Of a DNA stretch of 64,000 nucleotides, positions 52,592 to 64,000 are shown one piece after another. The position numbers and the translations under genes were made by a program. Below the pieces are notes generated by a model. It was not told where the DNA came from and ran no database searches. It saw only the letters and a list, made by a program, of their open reading frames with translations. The DNA is from Octopus sinensis (Eukaryota): assembly GCF_006345805.1 (NCBI RefSeq), contig NC_042998.1:198834001-198898000 (forward strand), given 5' to 3'. How positions within the stretch are numbered: position 1 is the stretch's first letter; every line of letters starts with the position of its first letter.

Positions 52592-53421
52592 ATATTACTG
52601 CTCTCCGTGCAAAACTGCTATGTTAAAATTTCTAAAGGCTGAAGGAATTTATTTGTGGGGCAAAGAAAATAAAATAAAAGAAAAGAGAAAAGAGACAAGG
52701 AAAAAAGAAAAAAGAAAAAGAAAAAGGAGGAGAAGAAGAAGAAAGAAGGAAAAGAAAAAGAAAAAGAAAAAAGAAAAAAGAAAGAGAAACGGGGGAGAAG
52801 GATAGAAAAGAAAAAGAAAAAGAAAAAGAAAAAGAAAAAGGAGAAGAAAAAAAAAAAAGGGGAAGAGGGAGAAAAGAAAAGGCGCCTATATAGAGTATAC
52901 TGCGACAACTTAGAGGGAGGGGGTTCTAAAGTGACCAAATACAGAAGAATTTGTAGACAACTTAGCTTGAATCTTTAAGAATTCAGGAACTATGAGGAGA
53001 AAATTATTTTTTTGACCAGTAAACAGCTATTTAGTATCAACCTGACACGGATGAGAGCAGATATGAATCTAAAGAGAATTTAAAGAGATAAACAAGGTCA
53101 GGTGTAGAGGGGTCAAAAGCTATCGTCAAAAGGAAATACATTAAGAGAAAAGATCTAAGTGCAACCTTACCCAGAGGTCATTTAAATTATTTACTTATTT
53201 ATTCATGTTACTGTCTTAAAATTGTTGCCGTTACTATCAATATATTAACGGACTACCGGTCAAAACCTAGAATTTAATTAACAAGGTGTGATGGAATTGT
53301 CTATTTTATTGAAGTTTATCATACAACTTTCAAGGGAGTGTCTTCACTTAATTAATTTTGTAATAGAATTGTTAAGCCTTAGTAACTTAATTTATTAAGT
53401 ATGTATGTATATATATATATA

Positions 53422-53546
53422 GCGTGGGTGGGTGTTAAGAAGTTGACTTCCCAATCCCATGGATAGGAAATGACTTCTACTATAGCCTCGGCCCAACGAA
53501 AGCCTTATGAGTTAATTTCGTAGATAGACACTGAAAGAACCATGTC

Positions 53547-53589
<43 letters not shown>

Positions 53590-53593
53590 GTGT

Positions 53594-53639
<46 letters not shown>

Positions 53640-53941
53640 TGGAGGCGCAATGGCGCAGTGGTTAGGGCAGCGCACTCGCGGTCGTAGGATCGCGGTTTCG
53701 ATTCCTAGACCTGGTGTTGTGAGTGTTTATTGAACTAAAGCGCCACGAGGCTCTGGCAGGGGGGGGGGCGATCCCTGCTGTACTCTTTCGCCACAACTTT
53801 CTCTCACTCTTTCTTCTGTTGGCCTGCTCGCTTAGCCAGCGGGGTGGCGTCATTTGTTAGGCTAAAACAATGCAAAGCGCATTGTGACCATCTATGTGTA
53901 GCAACATCTGATAGCCTGGTCAGGCACGGTGATCACGGTGA

Positions 53942-53977
<36 letters not shown>

Positions 53978-54222
53978 TGTATGTATGTATATATATATTT
54001 ATATGTATATATATATATATGTATGTGTGTGTATGTGTGTGTCTGTCTTTGTGTCTGTGTTTGTACCCCCACCACCGCTTGACAACCGGTTTTGGCGTGT
54101 TTCCATCCATGTAATTTAGCGGCTCGATAAAAAGAGACCGATAGAATAAGAGTAACAATTCTTGTAGGTGGTGCACCTGCATGGCTTCAGTGAAATGACT
54201 GAAGCAATTAAAAGGTAAAAGA
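53422..54222 (+). mobile_element. SINE A with SINE C (53641-53940) nested in its internal microsatellite
   Basis: A head at 53422-53550, A tail at 54030-54222. Confidence 0.8.
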
Positions 54223-54681
54223 TACAAATATTAAGAAATAGGAAGCTGTCAGAATTTTGTATAATCATTTATTTAGAGCTTTCATCTCGTTTCAGAGAAT
54301 CCCGATGAATCACTGGAAGGAGATGAAAGCTCTGGATAACGGTAAATAAAAGAATTATTAAAAACTCTGACTACCTCTTATTTATATAAGTATGTAAATA
54401 GGTGTATATTGCTTTCGAATTTTGGCACAAGGCCAGCAATTTCGGGGGAGGGTGTAAGCCGATTACATTGACCCTAGTATACACTCCGAAAGGATGAAAT
54501 GCACAATTGACCTCAGTAGAATTTGAACTCAGAACATAAAGACGAAGGAATTTGCTGAGCATTTTGCCTGCCCCCGCCTGACTTCGTATAAATATATATA
54601 TATATATATATAGATATATATATAGATATATATATATATATATATAATATATATCTATATATGTATGTATGTATATATATA

Positions 54682-54747
<66 letters not shown>

Positions 54748-54982
54748 ATATATATGTATATATCTCCTTATTATTTAAATATTGAAATAAATACGTTCTC
54801 TAGTAGCAAGCACTAACCGCACTGAATTATTTACTGCAGTTCTTCGCTTCAGGAATTTTTTAGTGCGCCGGAACTAAGGCATTTGAAATTTTATCCCTAA
54901 TATAATCGGTAAAACTAAACACGTGTCTGTTTTGGCACAGAAAGCTGGGGTTATTTTTTTCAGATTGCATTTACACTGAACG

Positions 54983-55059
54983 ATTGCACTGATGAAGCCA
55001 CGGACATTTGAATTATGTAAGTAATTCTTTTGTTAAAGGCCGAAACCGAGGTATGCAAT
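54983..55059 (+). ncRNA. Type I hammerhead ribozyme inside a ~570-bp PLE-like repeat (54761-55330)
   Basis: attgca-CTGATGA-AGCC...GGCC-GAAAC-CGAG-GTA-tgcaat; host block has ~24-bp direct terminal repeats and TA flanks. Confidence 0.75.
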
Positions 55060-55330
55060 TAATTCTGCTTTTTATATAAATTTCATCTGTCCTGCCCGCC
55101 AAATTTGGTTCTGGTGTTCGCTGAATTTTTCCTCTAGAGAACTTTCTTTGTAGTTTGATCGTTGATGATCTATTTCTAGCATGCGGCAGACTACCTAGCA
55201 GTCTTGCCCTGTAAATATACACATGTATTAGAATTTTCTCTGATTTTTCAGATTTTTTGTATGCTAGACTACTGGTTTTAAATTGATATTAAAATTAATA
55301 TTAATTTATCTCCCTCATTATTTAAATATT

Positions 55331-55392
<62 letters not shown>

Positions 55393-55812
55393 TAATAAAA
55401 GGGTTCGGCAAAGATTTGCTTCACCACACACTGAAGTTTTTAAATAGAAGCCAAAAATTTTAGCTATTTCTTCTACTTTAAAAAGGATCTCCCAGAGAAA
55501 CCAAAATACTTGAAGATAATTCACTCAAGCAGAGAGTAAAGCAACGAAAATCAATCAATATCTGGTCGTCCATGGACGCGCGTTTCTGAATTAGGTTTTG
55601 CCTAAAGAATATAAAATTATACTTTACTAACCATATTCTTCATCAGCATGGCTTTCCACGATAATTCGAGGGTACTAGAATAGTTGAACAAATCTTTCCA
55701 CCTATCGGTATTAGACAGATCAAATTCAATGTTAGCACCGCCGAAATCAAAATATGAATGAGGTTCGCTTAGCTTCCCCCGCCCGTCCGCGTGTGCCTTC
55801 AAGCAAAACTAT

Positions 55813-55850
<38 letters not shown>

Positions 55851-55902
55851 ATATATATAATGAAAGAATGGAGTTGAACGACGAATTAACAAAATTCCTT
55901 TA

Positions 55903-55985
55903 TTCTCGACATATGTTTCGAAGGCTGCATATTCCTAATTTCGAAGGAATAAGGGGTGAATTATGCCGCCTTCTCATCAGGAAAA
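55903..55985 (-). ncRNA. Type I hammerhead ribozyme with a GUC site
   Basis: Minus strand: ttttc-CTGATGA-GAAGGC...GCCTTC-GAAAC-ATAT-GTC-gagaa. Confidence 0.82.
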
Positions 55986-56243
55986 ACAAGGAACTTATGT
56001 CAGCATCAAGATGAACAAAAACTCTTAGATGACTGCCCACATGGAGCCCATACCGATAATCGTCGTTCAACTCCATTCTTTCATTTATTTGTATTAAAAA
56101 AACACACAAATTTCCACACGAAAGCACGTGATCTCTGCCCTTGGCATGTAGCTTCAACCGTGTTTTTCTGACGTGAATTTGCTACCCAGGTATCGGTTAA
56201 CCGAATTATCCATAATAAGATAATTCATTCAACTACTCTTATA

Positions 56244-56322
<79 letters not shown>

Positions 56323-56644
56323 AATAATAATAATAGTGATTGTTTCTTATTAGGAACAATAGGATTAATAGGACTGCTATAGAAGTGCTCAAGTAAATGA
56401 GACGAGTATAACAAACTTTGGTTGTAGAACAACAAATCTAAGGTCATCCACCTAACATATCACATCTCGAACATTTAATCACATATAAAGAAACATAATG
56501 CTTTTTCTTATACATAGAATACAGAGGCATAAAATCACAGAAGATGAAACAATTATTCATTTAGACAAGGATATAAGAAAAATGTGAGTACAGTCTATCG
56601 CTATTAGAAATTGATACTTCAGCTTGCGTAAATGAATTATTGTT

Positions 56645-57090
56645 TCATCTTCTGTGCGGCTCTACCTCTTCCAGGCACTTGATGTAGGCGTCTGTGTTGA
56701 ATCTGAGTCTGTGTCGGAAGATGAATGGAGGCATAACGTCGCTAGCACTAGTGATCACTCCAAACACCATGATGTTGACTGGATGCTTGATTTCTATCAC
56801 TCTCGGTACATGTCCTCGGACTGCTCTGTTCTCAGATTTCACTGTCCTCAGATTGACACCCAAACACTCTGAAATGTCCGTACTGGAGCCTCCGACGCTA
56901 ATGCCAAGCAGTACAGCGTCCCGTTTCCAAATTCCTGGCAGAGTGAACTGCGTCAGTTTGCTGTTTTTCTCACAGACGGTGCCCAACTGACCCTACTATA
57001 CTGTGTAGTAACAAAATCAAGAACAAACAATGCAGGTACGCGAAATTAAAAATATAAAATGGTGACAATTTACCCATCGCACCCTCTCTA
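56645..57090 (-). mobile_element. Deleted Tc1/mariner (maT-like) transposon
   Basis: KHPVNIMVFGVITSASDVMPPFIF...NTDAYIKCLEEV. Confidence 0.8.
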
Positions 57091-57974
57091 TGTGTGCGTA
57101 TAAATATGTGTGTGTGTGTGCGTGTATGTGTGTGTGTGTGTATGTGTGTGTATGTGCGTGTATGTGTGTATGTGTGTGTGTGTGTGTGTGTATGTGTGTG
57201 TATGTGTGTGTTGTGTAATTCAGTGAACACATTGACTGATTTGCGCCAGTAGATCGCCCGATCAAGGTAAACAACCAGACTCATATCACTTGCATATTAT
57301 TTGTGCTTGTGTGAGTGCGTGCATGTGTGTGTGTGTGTGTGCTTCTGTGTGTGTGTGTGTGCATGTGTGTGTCCGTGTGTGTGTGCGTGTTTATGTGTGT
57401 GCGCGTCTATACATATATGTACAGACAGACACGCACGCACACACATGAATGTTTGTAAATATACTTATCGGATATTTAGATTTATTTATATATATTTATT
57501 TATCTGGATCGTCTTAATGCCAATGACTTTTCCAAGACGGCAAAGATCGACATCCAACAGGATCATCTACCGGTCAACGTCTGAAGGAATTATATTGGTG
57601 GGAAGGGACCTGGTGGTCGGGTCTTAATGCTAACAACCGTGTGTATACTGCTGAAAGTAATGACCGGTGCGTTAGGACTATAATCCCTCTGGCACAAGGA
57701 AACGCAACTGTTTTTAAAGGTGGTAAAGCTGGTCGTGTCGTTGACCTCCTGTCTGCAGCTAGTATCTAATGAACCATACACGATAACTGGTACACTAGAC
57801 GTTAAAATATAAAATCAGTCTTCTACTATTTAAACTGATAATATATTGTTATGTCCACTTTGAAAAGCGCAACAAAGAAGGATGAAGTGGACTAACATTA
57901 ACAGCGATAATAAGAACCCTTTCTACGAGAGGAACAAGTCCTGAAGTTTTCTAGAAGTGGTGGAGGCGGTGATG

Positions 57975-58508
57975 TCGGTTACACCAACCCCAGTGCATAA
58001 CTGGTACTTAATTTATCGAACCTGAAAGGATGAAAGGCAAAGTCGACCTCGGCAGAATTTGAACTCAGAACGTAAAGACGCACGAAATACCTATTTCTTT
58101 GCTACCCACAAAGGGCTAAACACAGAGAGGACAAACAAGGAGAGACAAACGTATTAAGTCGATTAAATCGACCCCAGTGCGTAACTGGTACTTAATTTAT
58201 CGAACCTGAAAGGATGAAAGGCAAAGTCGACCTCGGCGGAATTTGAACTCAGAACGTAGCGGCAGACGAGATACCTATTTCTTTACTGCCCACAAGGGGC
58301 TAAACACAGAGAGGACAAACAAGGACAGACAAACGGATTAAGTCAATTATATCGACCCCAATGCGTGACTGGTACTTCATTTATCGACCCCGAAAGTATG
58401 AAAGGCAAAGTCGACCTCGGCGGAAATTGAACTCAGAACATAACGGCAGACGAAATACCGCGAAGCATTTTAACCGGCGTGCTAACGTTTCTGCCAGCTC
58501 GCTGCCTT
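57975..58508 (-). mobile_element. SINE family B trimer
   Basis: Three bodies plus head ...GCCAGCTCGCTGCCTT; a further related monomer at 58545-58750. Confidence 0.9.
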
Positions 58509-58750
58509 AACACCTTCCATAATAATAATAAAAATAATGACAATCTTTTGTACTATAGGCACAAGGCCTGAAATTTCGGGTGAGGAGACAAGTCGATTAC
58601 ATTGAGCCCAGTGTTTCAATGGTACTAAATTTATCGACTCTGAAAGGATGAAAGGGGCAAAGTCGACCTTGAACTCAGAACGAATAGACGGACGAAATGC
58701 CGCTAAGCATTTTGCCCGGCGTACTAACGATCCTGCCAGCTCGCTGCCTC

Positions 58751-58798
<48 letters not shown>

Positions 58799-58859
58799 CC
58801 TTTCTGTAAAGACACAAGGCCTGAAATTTTGGGGAGAGGCTAGTCGATTACATCACCCC

Positions 58860-59880
58860 CAGAAGAGTCGATAATAGCTTGACCAAAGAGGAAAGTATCT
58901 GCCTTCAGTCCTTTCCTCACGATAGACTCGGCTGAGCGCATGTAAGACGGTCTCATATCACCCTGAACACATCTCGGACAGGTTCGTCTGACAGCACTTC
59001 TGTGCGTGTAGAGCTTGTTTGAGCCGGCAGATCCCACCGGTTGCATTGCCACGCCAGAAATTTCTAAAAATTGTCCATAAGTCCCGCCCCGAGAGTTCTC
59101 CGGAAAATACCAGCTAATTTATCCCTTCCGACACCCAGAGTTTCCCCGATGTGGTCATCGTTCTTGCCCGCCATTAATCCCCCATAGAACTCCAATGTGA
59201 AACTTCTAGCGGCTACATTACCCGACTGGCAGAGAGCTGTGAGTGCTTGTTGATACTTCATATACCAAGCACCCTGTCTCGGGCTACGCTTGGTTCAGGA
59301 CTGTAGCTCCGAGGATGAGACGAGCTGCGGAAAATCCTGTCTAACAAATAGTGACCACACCTACACACTGCCAAAGAAATGCTGGAGATGTCGTAGACTC
59401 AGCGCATGTCTGCGCATCATTAGCTTCGGCGGGGCCAATTCTCCACTCAACGGTTGCTGACAGCAAATGGACCGTCTACGAAGCGGAACACGTCCCTTAT
59501 AAAGACGGCAGAAGGGCAGGCGTTCCAATTTGACCATTCACATACGAGGGCAAGTGACGACAGTCATTGGGTAGTAGACGACGGAAGCAATGTACGGATT
59601 CGCTACCTCCGCCCATCACTTCAGGGACAGCTTCTTCTTAGTCCATTTCTATGTACGACATACCAGCCTGTTCGCCACCTGCTACCCGCCCTCCCCACCG
59701 TTCTTGTCCACCTCGAGGTCCAGACCAAACCATCCCACGAGTAATTTAACCGAACCTTCCGTCCATCTCCCTACGACATGGACTGGCCTCACCCGGTGCC
59801 GCGCTGCAGGCACACTTTTTCTTTAATCTTTGCTCCAGTCACCGCAGTGCCGATCATTTCAATTTCCGAGATGTCCGACG
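58860..59880 (-). pseudogene. L1/Tx1-like LINE ORF2 fragment (post-RT, Cys-rich region)
   Basis: GC-richer decayed coding sequence including RTCPRCVQGD and KLS-like/W motifs. Confidence 0.6.
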
Positions 59881-59966
59881 CTACTACGTTGAAGTCGTCC
59901 GTATAAGCCGACTGGTTGAGAAAATGAATTTGTCAATCTACTTCATTTTGGTTAATATATAAAGGA

Positions 59967-60345
59967 CTAGCAGTATCGCCCGGCGTTGCTCAGGTTTGTA
60001 AGGGAAATAACTATAAAGCATTTTTAGAGAGTTATAGCCAAAAAATAGCAAAAAAATGGAAAAAAAATTATGGTAATTTTTTTTGAGTTAAAAAAGGTGG
60101 AGTTGCGTCCCCTAGACGGTCTGTGGTTTGGGTTTCTGATTCTCGACACCATGTCGAATTTATCGATTTTTTTCAGAACTGGGGAACTTTTCAAATTTTC
60201 GCTGCGTTAGTTTTGAATTATGACATTGGGTATGTGTGTGTCAAGTTTCATCAGAATCGGTTGAAAGCCGTGGTCAGGGTGAGGGTACGAGAAAACAGAC
60301 ACACAGAAACACACACAGACAAACTGCCGTTTATATAGAGAGAGA
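59967..60345 (-). mobile_element. Non-autonomous Helitron
   Basis: Minus strand begins TCTCTCTCTATATAAACGGCAG and ends ...GGGCGATACTGCTAG at an A|T site. Confidence 0.82.
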
Positions 60346-60859
60346 TTAAGGAAGAAGAAAAGCTTAGCAAGAAGAAAAAGAAGAGGGAGAAAATGAATAA
60401 GAAGATAACAAAAGGAAAAAAATAGGGTGAAAAAGAATAAGAAGATAACAAGAAGAAAAAGAAGAGGGAGAAAAAGAAGAAAGAAAAGAACAGAAGAAGA
60501 AGAAAGAAGAAAAGAAGAAGAAGAAGAAGAAGAAGAAGAAGAAGAATGGATAACAAGAAGAAAAACAAGAGGGAGAAAAAGAAGGAAAACAAGAAGAAGA
60601 AAGGGATAACAGGAGGAAGATGAGGAGGAGGAGAAATTGCTATGAACCAACAATATGAAGTGGCTGCCATTTATATATATATATAGTTTTGCTTCGAATG
60701 TTTGCTCTTCACAGGTTGTTGACATGAACTGATGTAAGAATCTTTGCACTGTCAACCAGCCTGCAAACAATAGCAGCTAAATCTTCCTTCCAGTCAGACC
60801 TTATTGAATTGAAAGTGGAAAGGATGCATTACATAATCAAGCCCCATGTACACTGTCTG

Positions 60860-62230
60860 AAATAAAAGGGGAAACCGTCGCAACCGGAATACCTTTCCTA
60901 ATACCAGGGTCGGTTGTAAAGTTGGTAGGCTGACCAATGTACTCTCACGAAATGAGAGCCAATGAGGTTTATTTTCGACACAGACCCCTTGCGGTCCTCG
61001 TATTTCTTCCATCGGTGTTGCAGTGATTGGGTCCCATTGGTGAAGACCCTTTCCTCCTATTGGTCAAAAAAGTCATCAACAGCAAATCTAACATCGTCAT
61101 TACTGTGATGCTATATGATCCCCCATAAATTGCCATTTACTTTGGCCACCGAACAGATGTCGAAGTACATTGCAACGATCCAGCTTCTAAAAAATGGGAC
61201 CAAATCCGGCCATCTCGAGGACAGCCTCCAAGTATTGATAGTCTATCCTATCGAAAGCTTTTGACTGATGCAAATTGATCAAGTTTCCACCCATGCCAAG
61301 TTCCGTACCTATCTTCTCTAAGACGTAACACGTGAGGTACAGGGTGTCATGAAAAGATTTATTAGGAATAGCGCATTCTGCGCATCGCCGACCAGTTTAT
61401 CCCTGGCAAACGTCAGCCTCGTGGCTAACACTTTCACGAATATCTTGTAATCAGCGATTGGCAGAGTTACGGGTCTAAATCTATTTGGTTGCCTTTGTTC
61501 GGGTCTTTTCTCAGCAGCATCACCTCAGCTCGGCTCACAGAACTGGGAATTCTCCTATTCTGCTGCCTGTTGCGGTAGTCATCTGGCAAGACATTACCGA
61601 ACAAGTCTGGCATATGAAGGTAAAGCTCGTAGGGCAAACCATCCAATCCTGGAGACCTTTCCCTCGCGCAACCAATCACCGTATCACGTGTGCCTTCGGC
61701 TGTTATCGGCATTTTGCAGAACTCTGCATCCATGGCCGAAAGCCGTGGCTGGCCATCGAGGCAGGAGGTGAAATCTACCCTCATCTGCGACCCAGCACGA
61801 GCCTCTTTACAGTTTGGCAAAGTAATGCTGAAATTTAGCAGATATCTGCTTGGCTTCTATTAACAGAGCCCTTCCCAGCCCATGAAAACCGAATTGTGCC
61901 CTTGTTGCCATGTTGCATCTCTTTCACACAGGCCCATCAAACCGCTTTCCTTTCCTCGTGTCATAGAGCACGCACCCAATCTCTGACTTCGTAACCCTCG
62001 TGTTTGACATTGAAGAATTGATCTCGTTGCCAGCATGTCGGTCGCTATGCCTTTTCTAAGTGCCTCGTCTACTTTCCTAACTAAGTCTCCCTTTGTTCTC
62101 GACTTTTCTATTGCTATTTTCTACCAAACCCTAGCGCCTCTACTCTTATAGCCCTTTTCCAGGGCTATCCATCATCGGTAATTGACGATTGCGCCCGTCA
62201 ACTTCTGTTAGACTAACTTGCTTACCTGGT
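60860..62230 (-). pseudogene. L1/Tx1-like LINE RT fragment
   Basis: RSPGLDGLPYELY, RPVTLPIADYKIF and INLHQSKAFDRIDY. Confidence 0.85.
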
Positions 62231-62401
62231 GTCTGACTACTTGAAGGCGGAGGACTCTGAAGTGTACTGCAACTTTCTGTTAGAGCTACCCTTGTCAATA
62301 TTTTATTTTTCAATTTGAGCTCTTGACCAACATTAGATTTCTATATATTGCGTCCGTATTACATAGCTTGTTGACAGGAGCGAGCGCCTGACAAAATTCC
62401 A

Positions 62402-62645
62402 GATCGAGGGATCGCGGGTTCGAATCTCAGACCGGGCGATGTGTGTGTGTGTTTATGAGCGAAAACACCGAAGCTCCACGCGGCTCCGGCAGAAGGTAAT
62501 GGCGAACTTCTGCTGACTCTTTCGCCACAACTTTCTCTCACTCTTTCCTCTTGCAGCTCATCTCGTCCGGGTGGGGAACTCATATGCCAAGAAACCGGGA
62601 AACCGGCCCTTATGAACCGGGGGTGGCTCGAGAAGGAACAAACAA
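62402..62645 (+). mobile_element. SINE family C, 5'-truncated
   Basis: Nearly identical to 15918-16176. Confidence 0.88.
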
Positions 62646-62674
62646 CAGAGAAAGGCAACAAAACGCGTTAGCAA

Positions 62675-63070
62675 TTACTCTTTTACTTGTTTCAGTCATT
62701 TGACTGCGGCCATGCTGGAGCACCGCCTTTAGTCGAGCAAATCGACCCCGGGACTTATTCTTTTTAAGCCCAGTACTTATTCTATCGGCCTCTTTTGCCG
62801 AACCGCTAAGTGACGGGGACATAAACACACCAGCATCGGTTGTCAAGCAATGCTAGGGGGACAAACACAGACACACAAACATATACACTTATATATATAT
62901 ATACATACATATATACGACAGGCTTCTTTCAGTTTCCGTCTACCAAATCCACTCACAAGGCATTGGTCGACCCGGGGCTATAGCAGAAGACACTTGCCCA
63001 AGATGCCACGCAGTGGGACTGAACCCGGAACCATGTGGTTGGTTAGCAAGCTACTTACCACACAGCCACT
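62675..63070 (-). mobile_element. SINE family A
   Basis: Family motifs. Confidence 0.9.
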
Positions 63071-63379
63071 TGTTTTATATATCTATAAGTGTCAGCAGTA
63101 TTTAGGTGCTGGACGAGCACGTGCAGAAATTTTTGGTTGTCCTGCTTCCACCTTGGATTGGCCCGACTGACTGCCTTTCTGTGCCTGCAGAGTTTATCTC
63201 GCACCAGCAATATGCACCCACTTGACTCGTTTCTGAAAATTATTCATGGGCCTCGTTCCAAAAGTCCTCTGAAACAGATTAGCCAGTTGATTTTCATCGA
63301 TGCTTGGATTTTAAGCTGAGTAAGTTGTCATTTTTTTCCATCATTACACATTTATAGAACTCTGGCCTAGAGCTTTCCC

Positions 63380-64000
63380 CGCATTACCCAACTGCTAGAA
63401 AGCTGTGAACGTTTGCCAGTATTCCGGAAGCCAAACGTTCTGTTTCCGTCTTTAAGTAACTTCGGAATGCAGCTCTGTCAAAAGCTGTGAGAAAAAGCGT
63501 TTGACAATCGTTGGACACCCCTGTTCTTCATGAGAGAAAAACTGGAGACAATCGCAGCTTTTGCGCATTAACAACCACGGTCTGCCCAATCCTCTGTTCG
63601 GTAGATGTGACCAGTGGAACACAACTCTTCCACTGAAAGCAGAAGAACAGACACTGCAATCCACTCAGACGCCAGCTGGAGTAGAGCACAGCGTTCAGAC
63701 AGTAATATACGTTGGAGGCGATGTAGCCGTTCGTCACCTCTGCCTTACCTTTTATGGATAGCTTTCGAGGAAGATTGGCTACCCTGCTTGTCACTTCTTT
63801 ACTTGGAGATCTGAACCAAACCAGAAACCGAGCAATTCAACCGGTCCGTCTGTACAGTCCGTACAGCTGCTGCTGGGCGACATTGACCAGCTTCTCCAGG
63901 TACCGAACTGAAAGGCCCACAGATTTCGCGTCGTTGATTTTGACTCTTGCGATCACTTCGTGGTCCCTTAGAGCTGTCTTGATCACCTTAATACGCACAA
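63380..64000 (-). pseudogene. L1/Tx1-like LINE ORF2 fragment
   Basis: RKLSIKGKAEVTNGYIASNVYY...LFFCFQWKSCVPLV, a typical post-RT region. Confidence 0.7.

Noticed and set aside
52587-52938. Lys/Arg-rich and Phe-rich ORFs (also 60207-60770)
   Set aside because: Polypurine low-complexity tracts.

Overview
AT-rich eukaryotic (metazoan) genomic DNA. The dense tRNA-derived SINE families and (TA)n/(ATT)n/(GAT)n microsatellites match my recollection of an Octopus (cephalopod) genome; this is an inference. No intact protein-coding gene is supported, and almost every ORF in the track is a microsatellite translation or a decayed transposon fragment. Content: four SINE families, degenerate Tc1/mariner copies, MITEs, non-autonomous Helitrons, and fragments of R4/Dong-, RTE- and L1/Tx1-like LINEs, one Ty3/Gypsy RT and Penelope-like elements (PLEs). 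There is a 100-N scaffold gap at 17226-17325. Most notable observations: (1) five recognisable and several decayed minimal type I hammerhead ribozymes in PLE-like pieces lodged in (TA)n tracts; (2) a SINE inserted as head-plus-tandem multimers, always rejoined at the same point in its tRNA-like hairpin and flanked by a single TSD; (3) three ancient ~3.3-kb-spaced paralogous segments sharing a motif, two with a 5-nt microexon-like signal; (4) a candidate TATA promoter/first exon on the minus strand near 38 kb; (5) several fold-back duplications and templated-insertion junctions. Repeat coordinates were read by eye and are approximate unless termini are quoted.
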